Virus genome (UHGV): UHGV-0197997
Reading direction: 5' to 3' (one strand)
DNA from: a virus
Length of the DNA: 52,500 nt
Under the pieces are notes generated by a model, which was not told the DNA's origin, ran no database searches, and saw only the letters and a program-made list of their open reading frames with translations. Positions 1 to 9,050 of the stretch are shown here, one piece after another (within the stretch, counting starts at the first letter, position 1; each line of letters opens with the position of its first letter). A program made the position numbers and the translations under genes.

Positions 1-2
1 GG

Positions 3-1091
3 GTGGAGAACTCGGCGACGAACTATGCACTGAGTGCGCTCGATCAGACCGCCGCGAACTATGTGCCGTCGGGCCTGACTGTATCCGCGCCAGCTGCCGG
101 GTGGTGTACCCTCACGGAAAGCACCATGAATGAAGCGCATGTGCTCATGGATAACCAGAGCACGATTGATCCGACCCTGTATAACGTGGTGTCCCTGTTT
201 GCTAAAGCCGGGTCAGCACAATACCTGCAGATTCAGGTTTTAGGTGCCGGGGCTCAGGCGTTCGCTAACTTTGACGTACGCAATCAGAAGGTAACCAAAA
301 TGGGCCGTCTTGCCGTCAGGGCCAACATCTTCCAGGGTTTCAATGAGAGCGCCCGGTGTGTGTTGTGTGTGAAAGGAAGCGGGAATACTGTCGGCTCGGT
401 TAAATACAGCCTGATTAACGATCCGCTGGCAGAGCCTGATGTCGCCTACGTCGGAACCGGGCGGACCATGCAGGTCAGTCTGATGCAGATCGAGAAGAAT
501 ACCTATCACGCCAGCTCCGCGTTCTTTCCTGATGGCGCGGTAGGTGGTACTGCCAGCGCGAACCGCCAGGCAGACGCCGCTCGTCTGCTGGATATTCCTG
601 CGGGCGTGAAATCAAACTTCTCTGTGTTTGTGAAGGGGATAATGACCCCGGCGGCACTCGGCAATGCTGGCGGCAATATCCTGTTCTCTCTGCTGAATAA
701 CACGGCGCTGAAATACATTGGTTTCGGTCTGGGCGCGGCTGACAGCTCCAATGCGTTCCAGTCCCTGGCTGCGCATAACATTAACGCCGGCAGCACGCTG
801 GCGGGCATTCCGTTCACCGGAAAAATGTTCTCTCAGTACGGTGAATATGCGCTGATGATCACCCTGAACAACGGGGTGCTGAAAGTATACAGCGGCATGA
901 CCGATAGCCCGGAAACTCTGCTGACCGGATGTCCGGCATTTGATTACGTCATGCTGGGCAGAAACAGCTCGGTTTCTGGGTCTACAGTGTCAAACTCTGG
1001 CTTCTGGGGTGGCTGGCTTCAGAAGGCCGTACTGTTCGATTCGGCGCTGAGTGACGCGGATATGATTGTTCAGTTTGATTTGCTCGCATAA
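3..1091 (+). CDS. Tail fiber-like protein, 5'-truncated at window edge
   Basis: ORF open to the window start; Gly/Ser/Thr/Ala/Asn-rich fibre-like composition; convergent with the minus-strand tail genes and sharing a hairpin terminator. Confidence 0.4.
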   Translation: MENSATNYALSALDQTAANYVPSGLTVSAPAAGWCTLTESTMNEAHVLMDNQSTIDPTLYNVVSLFAKAGSAQYLQIQVLGAGAQAFANFDVRNQKVTKMGRLAVRANIFQGFNESARCVLCVKGSGNTVGSVKYSLINDPLAEPDVAYVGTGRTMQVSLMQIEKNTYHASSAFFPDGAVGGTASANRQADAARLLDIPAGVKSNFSVFVKGIMTPAALGNAGGNILFSLLNNTALKYIGFGLGAADSSNAFQSLAAHNINAGSTLAGIPFTGKMFSQYGEYALMITLNNGVLKVYSGMTDSPETLLTGCPAFDYVMLGRNSSVSGSTVSNSGFWGGWLQKAVLFDSALSDADMIVQFDLLA

Positions 1092-1107
1092 AAGCATCTT
1101 GTTAGTA

Positions 1108-1140
1108 CAAAATAAAATCCCCCGGATAAGGCCGGGGGAA
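1108..1140. terminator. Bidirectional hairpin terminator between convergent tail-fiber genes
   Basis: Stem CCCCCGG (1119-1125) / CCGGGGG (1132-1138) with 6-nt loop; A-rich run 1110-1118 gives a T-run for the minus strand. Confidence 0.6.
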
Positions 1141-1218
1141 ACTAATTAATAACTTTAATTCCGCTTGTATATGAGTCTGTGTTGCATTCTTTGGCTTCAG
1201 GATTCAGGGCAATTTGAG

Positions 1219-4200
1219 TTACGCGCCTGACACCCTGCCTTTTGCAATCTGGTGTACAAAATAAGATGACAACATCTCAATCATCACTTTGTTATGACTT
1301 GAGATAGTCGTTGGTATGCCAGACGCCAGGCGTGGGGAGAAACCATAGAAACGTCCGGACGAATACGGATTGGTAAGATAATCTTTTTCGTAGGCCTGAA
1401 CACAAGCCAGCAGAGCATTTCCGGTTGATACCCGTCGGACCAGCATCATCGTCAATGCAACGCTAACCGGAGTCGAAATGATCCCCCTTCGGCTTTCAGA
1501 AATAATGAAATCAATCCCCCGCAACCTGCCATCACCGCACAATCCCTGAAGTCCATAGTTGACGTTGTTAAACAGGGGCGTTCCGCCGAGTAACTCCGTC
1601 ATCATGAGGTATTCAGGCGCGAGGTCCATATCGTAGTTGTACCACCGGCTCCTTGCCAGGGAGGTGCTGACTGGCATCGAATCCAGCATGCTTGGCAGAT
1701 ATCGACCAATGGTGCTGCTATTGGTCAGATTCGTCATCACCGTGTTATAGCATGACTGGTAAGCTCCGCCAGTATCCATCCCGGCGTGTATTGCCAGCGC
1801 GACAAGCAGCATGCCGTAGATATTAATATTCACGGCGGCACTGACTGAAGATGGCGTATAGGTGTTCGGCACACCTCCTTTTGCTGCGACTGCTGTAACC
1901 ATTGCGTCAGCCCACGACTTAATATAAGGCTGCATTGCCGCCATTGTTGCAGTGTCACCCAAAAACTCAGCCGCACGATATACAGAAACACATGGCTTGA
2001 GTACCGGAGTGACCAAATCAGCAACATTAATAACTCCCTCCAGATAGCGGGCTCCGATATTAGTGCTTCGCCAGTTATCATCCCAGCACCGTTTAAACCT
2101 GGCCCATACTGCCGCAATATTAGGTGAGGGCTTTTGCAGTTCACGATACGCAAGATAACCCCACGGGGTATTAATATCATATGGCCCGGCATTCGAATCC
2201 ATACCGCCTATTCCAGCTGAGTCTCCATTCATCCAGAAGTCAGCAACCCCATCAAGCAATACTCTCAGCTTATTCTCAGCTTCTTTTACTGCAAAGTTAG
2301 GAAGCCTCCCGCCACGCGCAAAACCCACAGGCCGATTGTAAACTTTCTTCGCAAGCGTTAACGGGTCTGTTTCAGTTTCACTGGCATTCAGCCAGGCTTC
2401 AATGGTCCATGTCCAGTTTTTCTCAACCGGCCAGTTAAGAAATGAATAATCCGACAGGGATGAATATTGCCAGCCTGTGGTTACGCCCAGCGTAAACTCT
2501 GACGCGGCATTCGTCATCGTGATGCCTGTCGGTCTGGTTGGGCCCGCAGAGGTTCCATCCCTGTGAATATCCCCGTTTACAATGGTCGGCACATAGGAAA
2601 ACCTGCCGTTACCGGCTGTATTTCCGGTTGTGATTGCTGCAGCAGCGGTACCGGAATAGGCTGGAGTCGTCCCGTTTTTATAAATAACATTAGAGCTAAT
2701 AGTTGCTCCACACATCTTACCAACAGGAATATCCTCCAGGGCAGTCACCATGTTTTTCACAACGACGATTCCGTTTTTAAAAATGCGGAAGCGAGTGGTG
2801 GCCTTAATAATGCCTGCCGAATAAACGGCACTGGCGGCATTGTAGCCTGTGCGCTCAATCTCGGTAAAAAGCGGGCCGGTATTGATGACCTTCAGCGTAA
2901 CGTTGTAGGTGAAATACTCGATAACCTGAGCGCCTGCAGTCACGTAGCGATGCTGCGGGCTCAGCGTGCATCTGATACGGTTGATATCATCATTTTTAGC
3001 AGCATCAATGGATGTGAGGCCATAGGCTCCACCGGCAAAACCAAAGCGGTAATACAAATCACCCACTTTAATGTTATAACGCTTCAGGGCATCAGAAGGC
3101 GCGTAGTACTCCAGGCCTTCGGAATAGATCGTATCATCATAGCGATAACCAAAAACATCCACGTTATAATATTTTTTTTGTCCCGCCGATACGGAATCGA
3201 CGATCCACACGGCCCCCGTTTTGAATGAGCCATCAGGGTGATAACCTTCAGTTGACTGAAAGCGAAGGTTCACGAAATCATCTGCAGAAAATTGCGCATC
3301 AAACACGTTTCCTTCAGCGTCAGATACCTTAATGCAGTTGTGACCAAACACCATTCCTGCAGGGAAACTCACTTTTAACTCGACAGGACCACTGTAGTCG
3401 GTAGCCATGTCATTTACTACATCAGCAACAAAACGGGTAAAAGGGTTATTGTCAGTGTTCTGCCTGGAAATTCCGTTGTAATAAAGAATATCTGCGTCAA
3501 TGGTCAGATAATCGTTTACAGAAATTGTCGCAGGTTCGGCGCTTAATTTGGCAAGGTAAGCCGTTTTATATACTGATACATCGGTACTTCTGTAATAAAG
3601 ATGTACATCATCAAATGAGGCATAGAAATAGTTTTTAACGCCATCATCAGTAATGCTAAACCCTGCCCCCGTAATATCAGAATAGGGGAATGTTAGCTGG
3701 ATTGAGGTTGAGCCGTCAGGGTTAGAGTAAAGCGTGCAATATTTACCATCTGAGCCATACGCACCGGTGTTACCGGAAATAAAATCACCGGACTTGTCGA
3801 TAACGGCATAGGCAGTGATCGATTTATAGGTATTGATAAGCGGAACATTGGTAAATATTGCTCGGGCAACTGAATTTGTCTCATCAAACAAAACTGTTGC
3901 TGGTCTTAACTTTGCCAGTTGAACAGAGTGATATGGAGAGTTAAGTACATTATCAGCAAAGTATTCAGCCGGAAGTAGTTCTGCAATTACTGTTGTGACA
4001 CCGCTTTGCAGATGGGTTACTTTTAGTGTGTTTTTCTGGTTTCGGGCGTCAGAAGTTTCAGCAGCTGACAGGGAGTTAATGCGTAAAACAGATTCTTTCC
4101 CGACATTGACTACAGTGTCACCAGGCATTGAGATACTGGTAAACTTAGTTAGCGGAAGTGATGAGATTTCGCTAAGCAAAACATTAATGGTGCCAATTTT

Positions 4201-4572
4201 ATCATTTATGTATTCATATAAAGCACTTACTTTTGCATCAACCCCCGCACCTGAAGGCATTTTCCTTCCAGTTTCCTCAAGTGTACCGCCGTTATTGATC
4301 ACTTCGACGGCAAGAGCACTATCATCCGGGCTGCGGTAATACGTTGTCGAGCCAACAGGGATATTCACGATATCTGCCTGCGCATCTGCTAACGTCATGT
4401 ATTGCTTGCTGAGCGGGATCAGATTTTGATGGATGCCACGCCAGGTGTAAAGCAATTCGCCTGCGCGGTCAGGGAAGACCAGCGCCAGGCTATTCAGCAG
4501 GTTATCCAGGCGAGTGGCGTTATCGAGCAGCACCGCGGGCGAAGTGCTCCCCAGCTCCGGGTTAAAGGCCAT
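1219..4572 (-). CDS. Tail fiber / tailspike (putative receptor-binding protein), 1117 aa
   Basis: Last and largest gene of the tail module, directly downstream of the tip protein; assignment by size and position only. Confidence 0.55.
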   Translation of the reverse strand: MAFNPELGSTSPAVLLDNATRLDNLLNSLALVFPDRAGELLYTWRGIHQNLIPLSKQYMTLADAQADIVNIPVGSTTYYRSPDDSALAVEVINNGGTLEETGRKMPSGAGVDAKVSALYEYINDKIGTINVLLSEISSLPLTKFTSISMPGDTVVNVGKESVLRINSLSAAETSDARNQKNTLKVTHLQSGVTTVIAELLPAEYFADNVLNSPYHSVQLAKLRPATVLFDETNSVARAIFTNVPLINTYKSITAYAVIDKSGDFISGNTGAYGSDGKYCTLYSNPDGSTSIQLTFPYSDITGAGFSITDDGVKNYFYASFDDVHLYYRSTDVSVYKTAYLAKLSAEPATISVNDYLTIDADILYYNGISRQNTDNNPFTRFVADVVNDMATDYSGPVELKVSFPAGMVFGHNCIKVSDAEGNVFDAQFSADDFVNLRFQSTEGYHPDGSFKTGAVWIVDSVSAGQKKYYNVDVFGYRYDDTIYSEGLEYYAPSDALKRYNIKVGDLYYRFGFAGGAYGLTSIDAAKNDDINRIRCTLSPQHRYVTAGAQVIEYFTYNVTLKVINTGPLFTEIERTGYNAASAVYSAGIIKATTRFRIFKNGIVVVKNMVTALEDIPVGKMCGATISSNVIYKNGTTPAYSGTAAAAITTGNTAGNGRFSYVPTIVNGDIHRDGTSAGPTRPTGITMTNAASEFTLGVTTGWQYSSLSDYSFLNWPVEKNWTWTIEAWLNASETETDPLTLAKKVYNRPVGFARGGRLPNFAVKEAENKLRVLLDGVADFWMNGDSAGIGGMDSNAGPYDINTPWGYLAYRELQKPSPNIAAVWARFKRCWDDNWRSTNIGARYLEGVINVADLVTPVLKPCVSVYRAAEFLGDTATMAAMQPYIKSWADAMVTAVAAKGGVPNTYTPSSVSAAVNINIYGMLLVALAIHAGMDTGGAYQSCYNTVMTNLTNSSTIGRYLPSMLDSMPVSTSLARSRWYNYDMDLAPEYLMMTELLGGTPLFNNVNYGLQGLCGDGRLRGIDFIISESRRGIISTPVSVALTMMLVRRVSTGNALLACVQAYEKDYLTNPYSSGRFYGFSPRLASGIPTTISSHNKVMIEMLSSYFVHQIAKGRVSGA

Positions 4573-4649
4573 GTTTTTTGCTCCAAAAAAGGTGTTCGCC
4601 TAAACGAGGGTTTGTGCGAAAGAAATGTTGAAAGGGGTTTTAGTGGGTG

Positions 4650-7600
4650 TTACGCGACGTTGCCGGGGTATGTGGCGTTGTCGTAGTCGTAAAATTCAGC
4701 GCGGTATTGCCGAGCGGTGACTTCGCATGTCCCGTCATCCTGCGGGACGACTTCGGACACAATGGCGTCGTAGAGGTCACTCTCTGAGCTGCTGAAAATT
4801 AACCGGGGCGGTTCGATTATCGGATCGTCCATCAGGATATCGGCAAACTCGGATTGATACGGAACGGATACCTGATAGTTGTCTCCCGTCGGTGATGCCT
4901 CAAACAGCCGTGACGCCGTACCATCCTGATACCGTAGAAAGATTCGCGGATTTGCAAACGTCCAGTCCAGCGGCTCCGATACGTCGAATATTGTCACCCC
5001 ACCAGCAGTAGCCATTGACTCAATCAAACACGAAATGGTGTTACTGCCGGGAATGTCATCCGTCAGCACAATACGATCCCCGACGTTGTAGCAGAGCGCG
5101 TCCAGCTCCGTCGTCGTTTTATGCGTCATGCGCTGCAGCTGGTATTTTCGCAATCTGCGCATACCAATCTGGTACGCGTGATCGGGATTGCCTACCCCAT
5201 CAGCCCGATATGCCTCTATTTTCTGAGGTGTCGGGTTGTCCGGTGTCCGGCATTGCACCGTTTCTTCTGCCCACGTCGTGCCGTTGATATAGGTGACATC
5301 AACACCATCGTAATCATCGTCGGTCACCGTGCTGAAATCGGTCTGCAGCTCGGACACCATCTCATGAGGGGTGATAGCCCCGGTCCAGGGTTTAACCCCT
5401 TCCCGGCCAACTGACGCAACAGATTGGGTATTCAGCAGAAAATAACTCTTACCTGCGGCAGCGATTTTTTGCAGCATTTCCAGTGCGGAGATACTGTCTC
5501 CCGTAAAATAATCGAAGGTTTCGCCGTTCGGGGTCCAGTACGCCTGCTCCAGCGCATCAATCGCTACCGTGTCCATCTCCATATCCAGAGAGCGACCGAC
5601 GTGGTAGAGCGCGCCAGAAATACTACGGGCAACGCCAGAATCATAAATCCGCGTGGCTACAACGTTTACGCGGCGGTCAGACTGCGCCGCCAATTTGCCG
5701 CCCGTCTCAACCGTAACGCCCATCAGGGTGACGCCAGCATAGGATGATGGCCGAGCCAGCAGCCGACCGCGTAGCGCCTGCCAGTACATCGAGTCGCGTG
5801 CGTTGTTCGACCCCTGCTCGTTCAGACGCCTACAGCGAACTTCGACGAGACCAGGTGAAACCAGATTGAATCGCTCCGTGAAGCCGAGGCCGTTAACGTT
5901 CTTCAGCGCATAGACGCCCTGCTTGCTCGTCCAGCCAGCACCCGATCCATATACACGGTACTGAATTTCCCATTCGCAATGGCGAATTCTTTTTTTGCCT
6001 TTGCTGTCAAACCCACAAATGCCAGACGGAAACGAGAAATTCACCTCGAAAGCGTCCACTACTTCATTTTCCGGACAGACAAGGAAAGGTCCCATCCAGG
6101 TGTTGTTGTCGCTGATCCCCGTAGCCTGGTAGTCAATCATCGTGCGCGGTGAGAATCCAGGCCAGGAAGGATCAACCGCCCCATCAATGACTCGCTGGAC
6201 CATTGCTGTAGTGCCGTCTGCATCAGCAATGCGATATTCGTTACCACGATGTGCCAGAGAAAGCCGCTGCGAGCCTTCCGGGATGCCCGAGAATGCAGCC
6301 CCGGTGACACTGCCATACGCCAGCGTGACGTTTGCAGTAATTGCAGGGCTCCCACCACTCGATGCTGTCCCGAGAGTAAACTCAGGGTCATCGCCGAAAA
6401 CTGATACAGGGAAAATTGAATCGATATCTCCGCCTTTCCACGGGCTAGAAATTTCCACGATCCGCACAACTCCGCCGTCGTCATGGGCAATCAATCCAGA
6501 CCCCGTAAGCCTGGAGTTAATTGCATCCAGCAACCCTGACATTGTGATGTAGTTATCCACAAGCTGAACGAAATAGTAGTTGCCCTGCCAGAACAGAGAG
6601 AAGTTTTCATTATTTACTGAAAAATCGTACGTGGTTGGTGCAGCATTTCCACGCACCGCAGCAGCGGTTCCCCCGACACCAGGCACTGCATCCTGTTTTG
6701 GGGTATAGGTAGCAATGAACAGATCATACTGGGCGCCGTTAATTTCTAGCGTGACCGGCATTCCTGGGCTCGGGTTAATCTCAGCGATAAGATCATTTGT
6801 CAGTACGCTATAACCCGCCGACGTCGATACCTGGAAATTAGCAGGCGCGACAATTGTCACCAGCGCGCCAGTAACCCAGGATTCTGGCAGCGAGTTCCCC
6901 TCATCATCGTCAACGCTGGAATCGACCAACCCCGAAAACGTTACGGAGGGCCCTGAAACCGTCATGCTGTCGGCAGTGATATCGGTAGAATCTGGCGAAG
7001 TCTGGGCCATATCAAGACCGCTTCCGCTGGAAGTGCCACCGACCTCTGTCGAGTTGAACCAGTTTTCACTACGCCGATCACCTGAGACATCCGAACCAGG
7101 TGCATAAACGTTGTGACTAAACGAATCCCCTAACGCCAAAATTGGAGTTGAGCCCACCCTAATATCGCCATTCGTAAACGCGAAGTTCCCTTTCCCCAGG
7201 CAAACCATCATTTCGACCGTCATTAGCGTCGGATCATCAGGGTTAAAACGGGTCACGGGTTGCACAACATAATCGGGATAGATACGGCAGCGGCCAAACA
7301 CCTCACGAATGGGATCGCCCAGCTTAGCCTGGTTCGCTTTAGCCGGGTTTAAATCCAGCCCTAAACCATTTGAGGACGAGTACCCGCCTTTATCCATGTT
7401 CGACATGGTGATCAGCACATAAACAGCAGAGGCTGCAGCAATAGCCGCTGCCGCCCATGCCGCGATTGTCGTCGCCGTCACACCCTCACCCGGGATCGGG
7501 TAGGCTTTTACGTCGCTCTCAGCCCTGATAAAACATAAAGGCCATTCTGCCGGCGGGACCGGTTTACCGTTAACCTCGAAGGAGACACGCTGCGCCATCT

Positions 7601-7715
7601 CGTTACGGTAGTTATCGACGTGCTGCAGCATCCAGTCGTGAAGCGTCGTATCCCGGTGCTCATACGTTTCCAGCGGCTCACCAGGCAGACGCGAAGGGTA
7701 TAATCGAATAGTCAC
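4650..7715 (-). CDS. Tail tip / host-specificity protein (gpJ-like position), 1021 aa
   Basis: Large ORF after the NlpC/P60 tail gene; stop overlaps start of upstream gene; contains Ala-rich hydrophobic segment TIAAWAAAAIAAASAVYVLI. Confidence 0.55.
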   Translation of the reverse strand: MTIRLYPSRLPGEPLETYEHRDTTLHDWMLQHVDNYRNEMAQRVSFEVNGKPVPPAEWPLCFIRAESDVKAYPIPGEGVTATTIAAWAAAAIAAASAVYVLITMSNMDKGGYSSSNGLGLDLNPAKANQAKLGDPIREVFGRCRIYPDYVVQPVTRFNPDDPTLMTVEMMVCLGKGNFAFTNGDIRVGSTPILALGDSFSHNVYAPGSDVSGDRRSENWFNSTEVGGTSSGSGLDMAQTSPDSTDITADSMTVSGPSVTFSGLVDSSVDDDEGNSLPESWVTGALVTIVAPANFQVSTSAGYSVLTNDLIAEINPSPGMPVTLEINGAQYDLFIATYTPKQDAVPGVGGTAAAVRGNAAPTTYDFSVNNENFSLFWQGNYYFVQLVDNYITMSGLLDAINSRLTGSGLIAHDDGGVVRIVEISSPWKGGDIDSIFPVSVFGDDPEFTLGTASSGGSPAITANVTLAYGSVTGAAFSGIPEGSQRLSLAHRGNEYRIADADGTTAMVQRVIDGAVDPSWPGFSPRTMIDYQATGISDNNTWMGPFLVCPENEVVDAFEVNFSFPSGICGFDSKGKKRIRHCEWEIQYRVYGSGAGWTSKQGVYALKNVNGLGFTERFNLVSPGLVEVRCRRLNEQGSNNARDSMYWQALRGRLLARPSSYAGVTLMGVTVETGGKLAAQSDRRVNVVATRIYDSGVARSISGALYHVGRSLDMEMDTVAIDALEQAYWTPNGETFDYFTGDSISALEMLQKIAAAGKSYFLLNTQSVASVGREGVKPWTGAITPHEMVSELQTDFSTVTDDDYDGVDVTYINGTTWAEETVQCRTPDNPTPQKIEAYRADGVGNPDHAYQIGMRRLRKYQLQRMTHKTTTELDALCYNVGDRIVLTDDIPGSNTISCLIESMATAGGVTIFDVSEPLDWTFANPRIFLRYQDGTASRLFEASPTGDNYQVSVPYQSEFADILMDDPIIEPPRLIFSSSESDLYDAIVSEVVPQDDGTCEVTARQYRAEFYDYDNATYPGNVA

Positions 7716-8098
7716 TGGTAATACTCCACTTTCAGGAACTGACGCTCAAAACGCGCCAGGGGGAGAATGGTTACGTTTCGCCGGGGGTTGCATTCGATCA
7801 CGTAAAGCAACCCCTCCATTTCGACGACTACGCCAAGATGGCCGATCATTTTCCCCATATAGCAGGCGGCCACCGCTCCGTTGCACGGCCTGCAGGGAGT
7901 CAGGTCACGCGAAAAACTCTCGCAAAATTCCCCCATCCCCGTGCTGCCTGGCTCTTTAATCACAGCCTCAAACGCAGGCCATTCAGGAAGGCCGAGGTCA
8001 CGGCGAACCTCATGCACAATGCCGTAGCAGTCGAGAATAGGAAAAGCGCGGCCGCCCATCTGCCAGCGGACAGTCAGGTATTTATCAATGTTAAGCAT
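7712..8098 (-). CDS. Tail-associated NlpC/P60-family peptidase (gpK-like position)
   Basis: DCYG motif (catalytic Cys context) and downstream GHLGVVVE His motif typical of NlpC/P60; located between minor tail genes and tip protein. Confidence 0.55.
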   Translation of the reverse strand: MLNIDKYLTVRWQMGGRAFPILDCYGIVHEVRRDLGLPEWPAFEAVIKEPGSTGMGEFCESFSRDLTPCRPCNGAVAACYMGKMIGHLGVVVEMEGLLYVIECNPRRNVTILPLARFERQFLKVEYYQ

Positions 8099-8105
8099 GG
8101 GATAC

Positions 8106-8588
8106 CTATCGGGAGTAACGAAGACCCTGGAAGTACGTGAGGGTGTAGCGATCGCGCGGCCATGCGTAATCGAGCATGTTTTTAAATCCGGCGGTCACGT
8201 TCACCGTAAGCGGCGTCCACGAGCCCCCTTTAACCGGCATGATGTAAGGCGGCTCCGCCGGTGCGGTCAGGTCAGTGGAAATGTACTTCCTGAACGTAAT
8301 GCTGGCACTGGATATGGCATCAATGGCCCTGCGTATAGCAGTGGAAACAACGCCATCGATGTTGCAAAGCATAAATTTCAGGTCCTGCGTGCCATCCTCG
8401 TTTCTGGCAGGAAGAGACAGAACAATGGCGCAGGCGATAAACGTTACGGTAGCCCCCTCTTCGGTAACGGCCGTAATATCCTCGTACCCCTCACACAAAT
8501 AATGAGACTGGCCGCCAATATCGACCTGTAACGTACCGATAATGACCTCCTCCCCGGAGGAGGCATAAAGGCGATTAATCGCTGTCAT
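8106..8588 (-). CDS. Minor tail protein
   Basis: Position between tape measure and tip genes; overlapping stop/start with neighbours. Confidence 0.4.
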   Translation of the reverse strand: MTAINRLYASSGEEVIIGTLQVDIGGQSHYLCEGYEDITAVTEEGATVTFIACAIVLSLPARNEDGTQDLKFMLCNIDGVVSTAIRRAIDAISSASITFRKYISTDLTAPAEPPYIMPVKGGSWTPLTVNVTAGFKNMLDYAWPRDRYTLTYFQGLRYSR

Positions 8589-9048
8589 GTTTAGGCCACT
8601 CCTTATTCAAGGCGATATCCAGAAGAGACTGTCCTGCAAGCCACTCTGGATATTTACCCCACCCATCAGGCGGCATTGGCATTTCCCGCACTTCCAGAGT
8701 CGCACTAAATTGCCAGTATTTTCCCCCAATTAATGTTGGCCCTTCATAGACTGCAGTAAACCGGCTTTTGTAAAACCCAATGCCAACCGGAGTTTTTAAT
8801 TTCATCATGAACCATGAACTGCCCCCGAGCAGAGAATCACGGTACCAGGCCATAAATACCTGAGCCTGGGCGTCAGAGGTAAGTATCCATCTAACCGAAA
8901 CTGAAGCTGGCGTTGAGACGAACCTTCGGCGCTGCCTGGCAAGACCGGTGACCATCTCGGTTCTTAAGAGATTATCAACAGATTTGAACCCATAGCCGTC
9001 CTGCAACGGAAGAGGAAGGTACTCATGTGGGTAATAAATATCAGTCAC
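8575..9048 (-). CDS. Minor tail protein (distal tail, immediately after tape measure)
   Basis: Position directly downstream of tape measure gene. Confidence 0.4.
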   Translation of the reverse strand: MTDIYYPHEYLPLPLQDGYGFKSVDNLLRTEMVTGLARQRRRFVSTPASVSVRWILTSDAQAQVFMAWYRDSLLGGSSWFMMKLKTPVGIGFYKSRFTAVYEGPTLIGGKYWQFSATLEVREMPMPPDGWGKYPEWLAGQSLLDIALNKEWPKHDSD

Positions 9049-9050
9049 AA

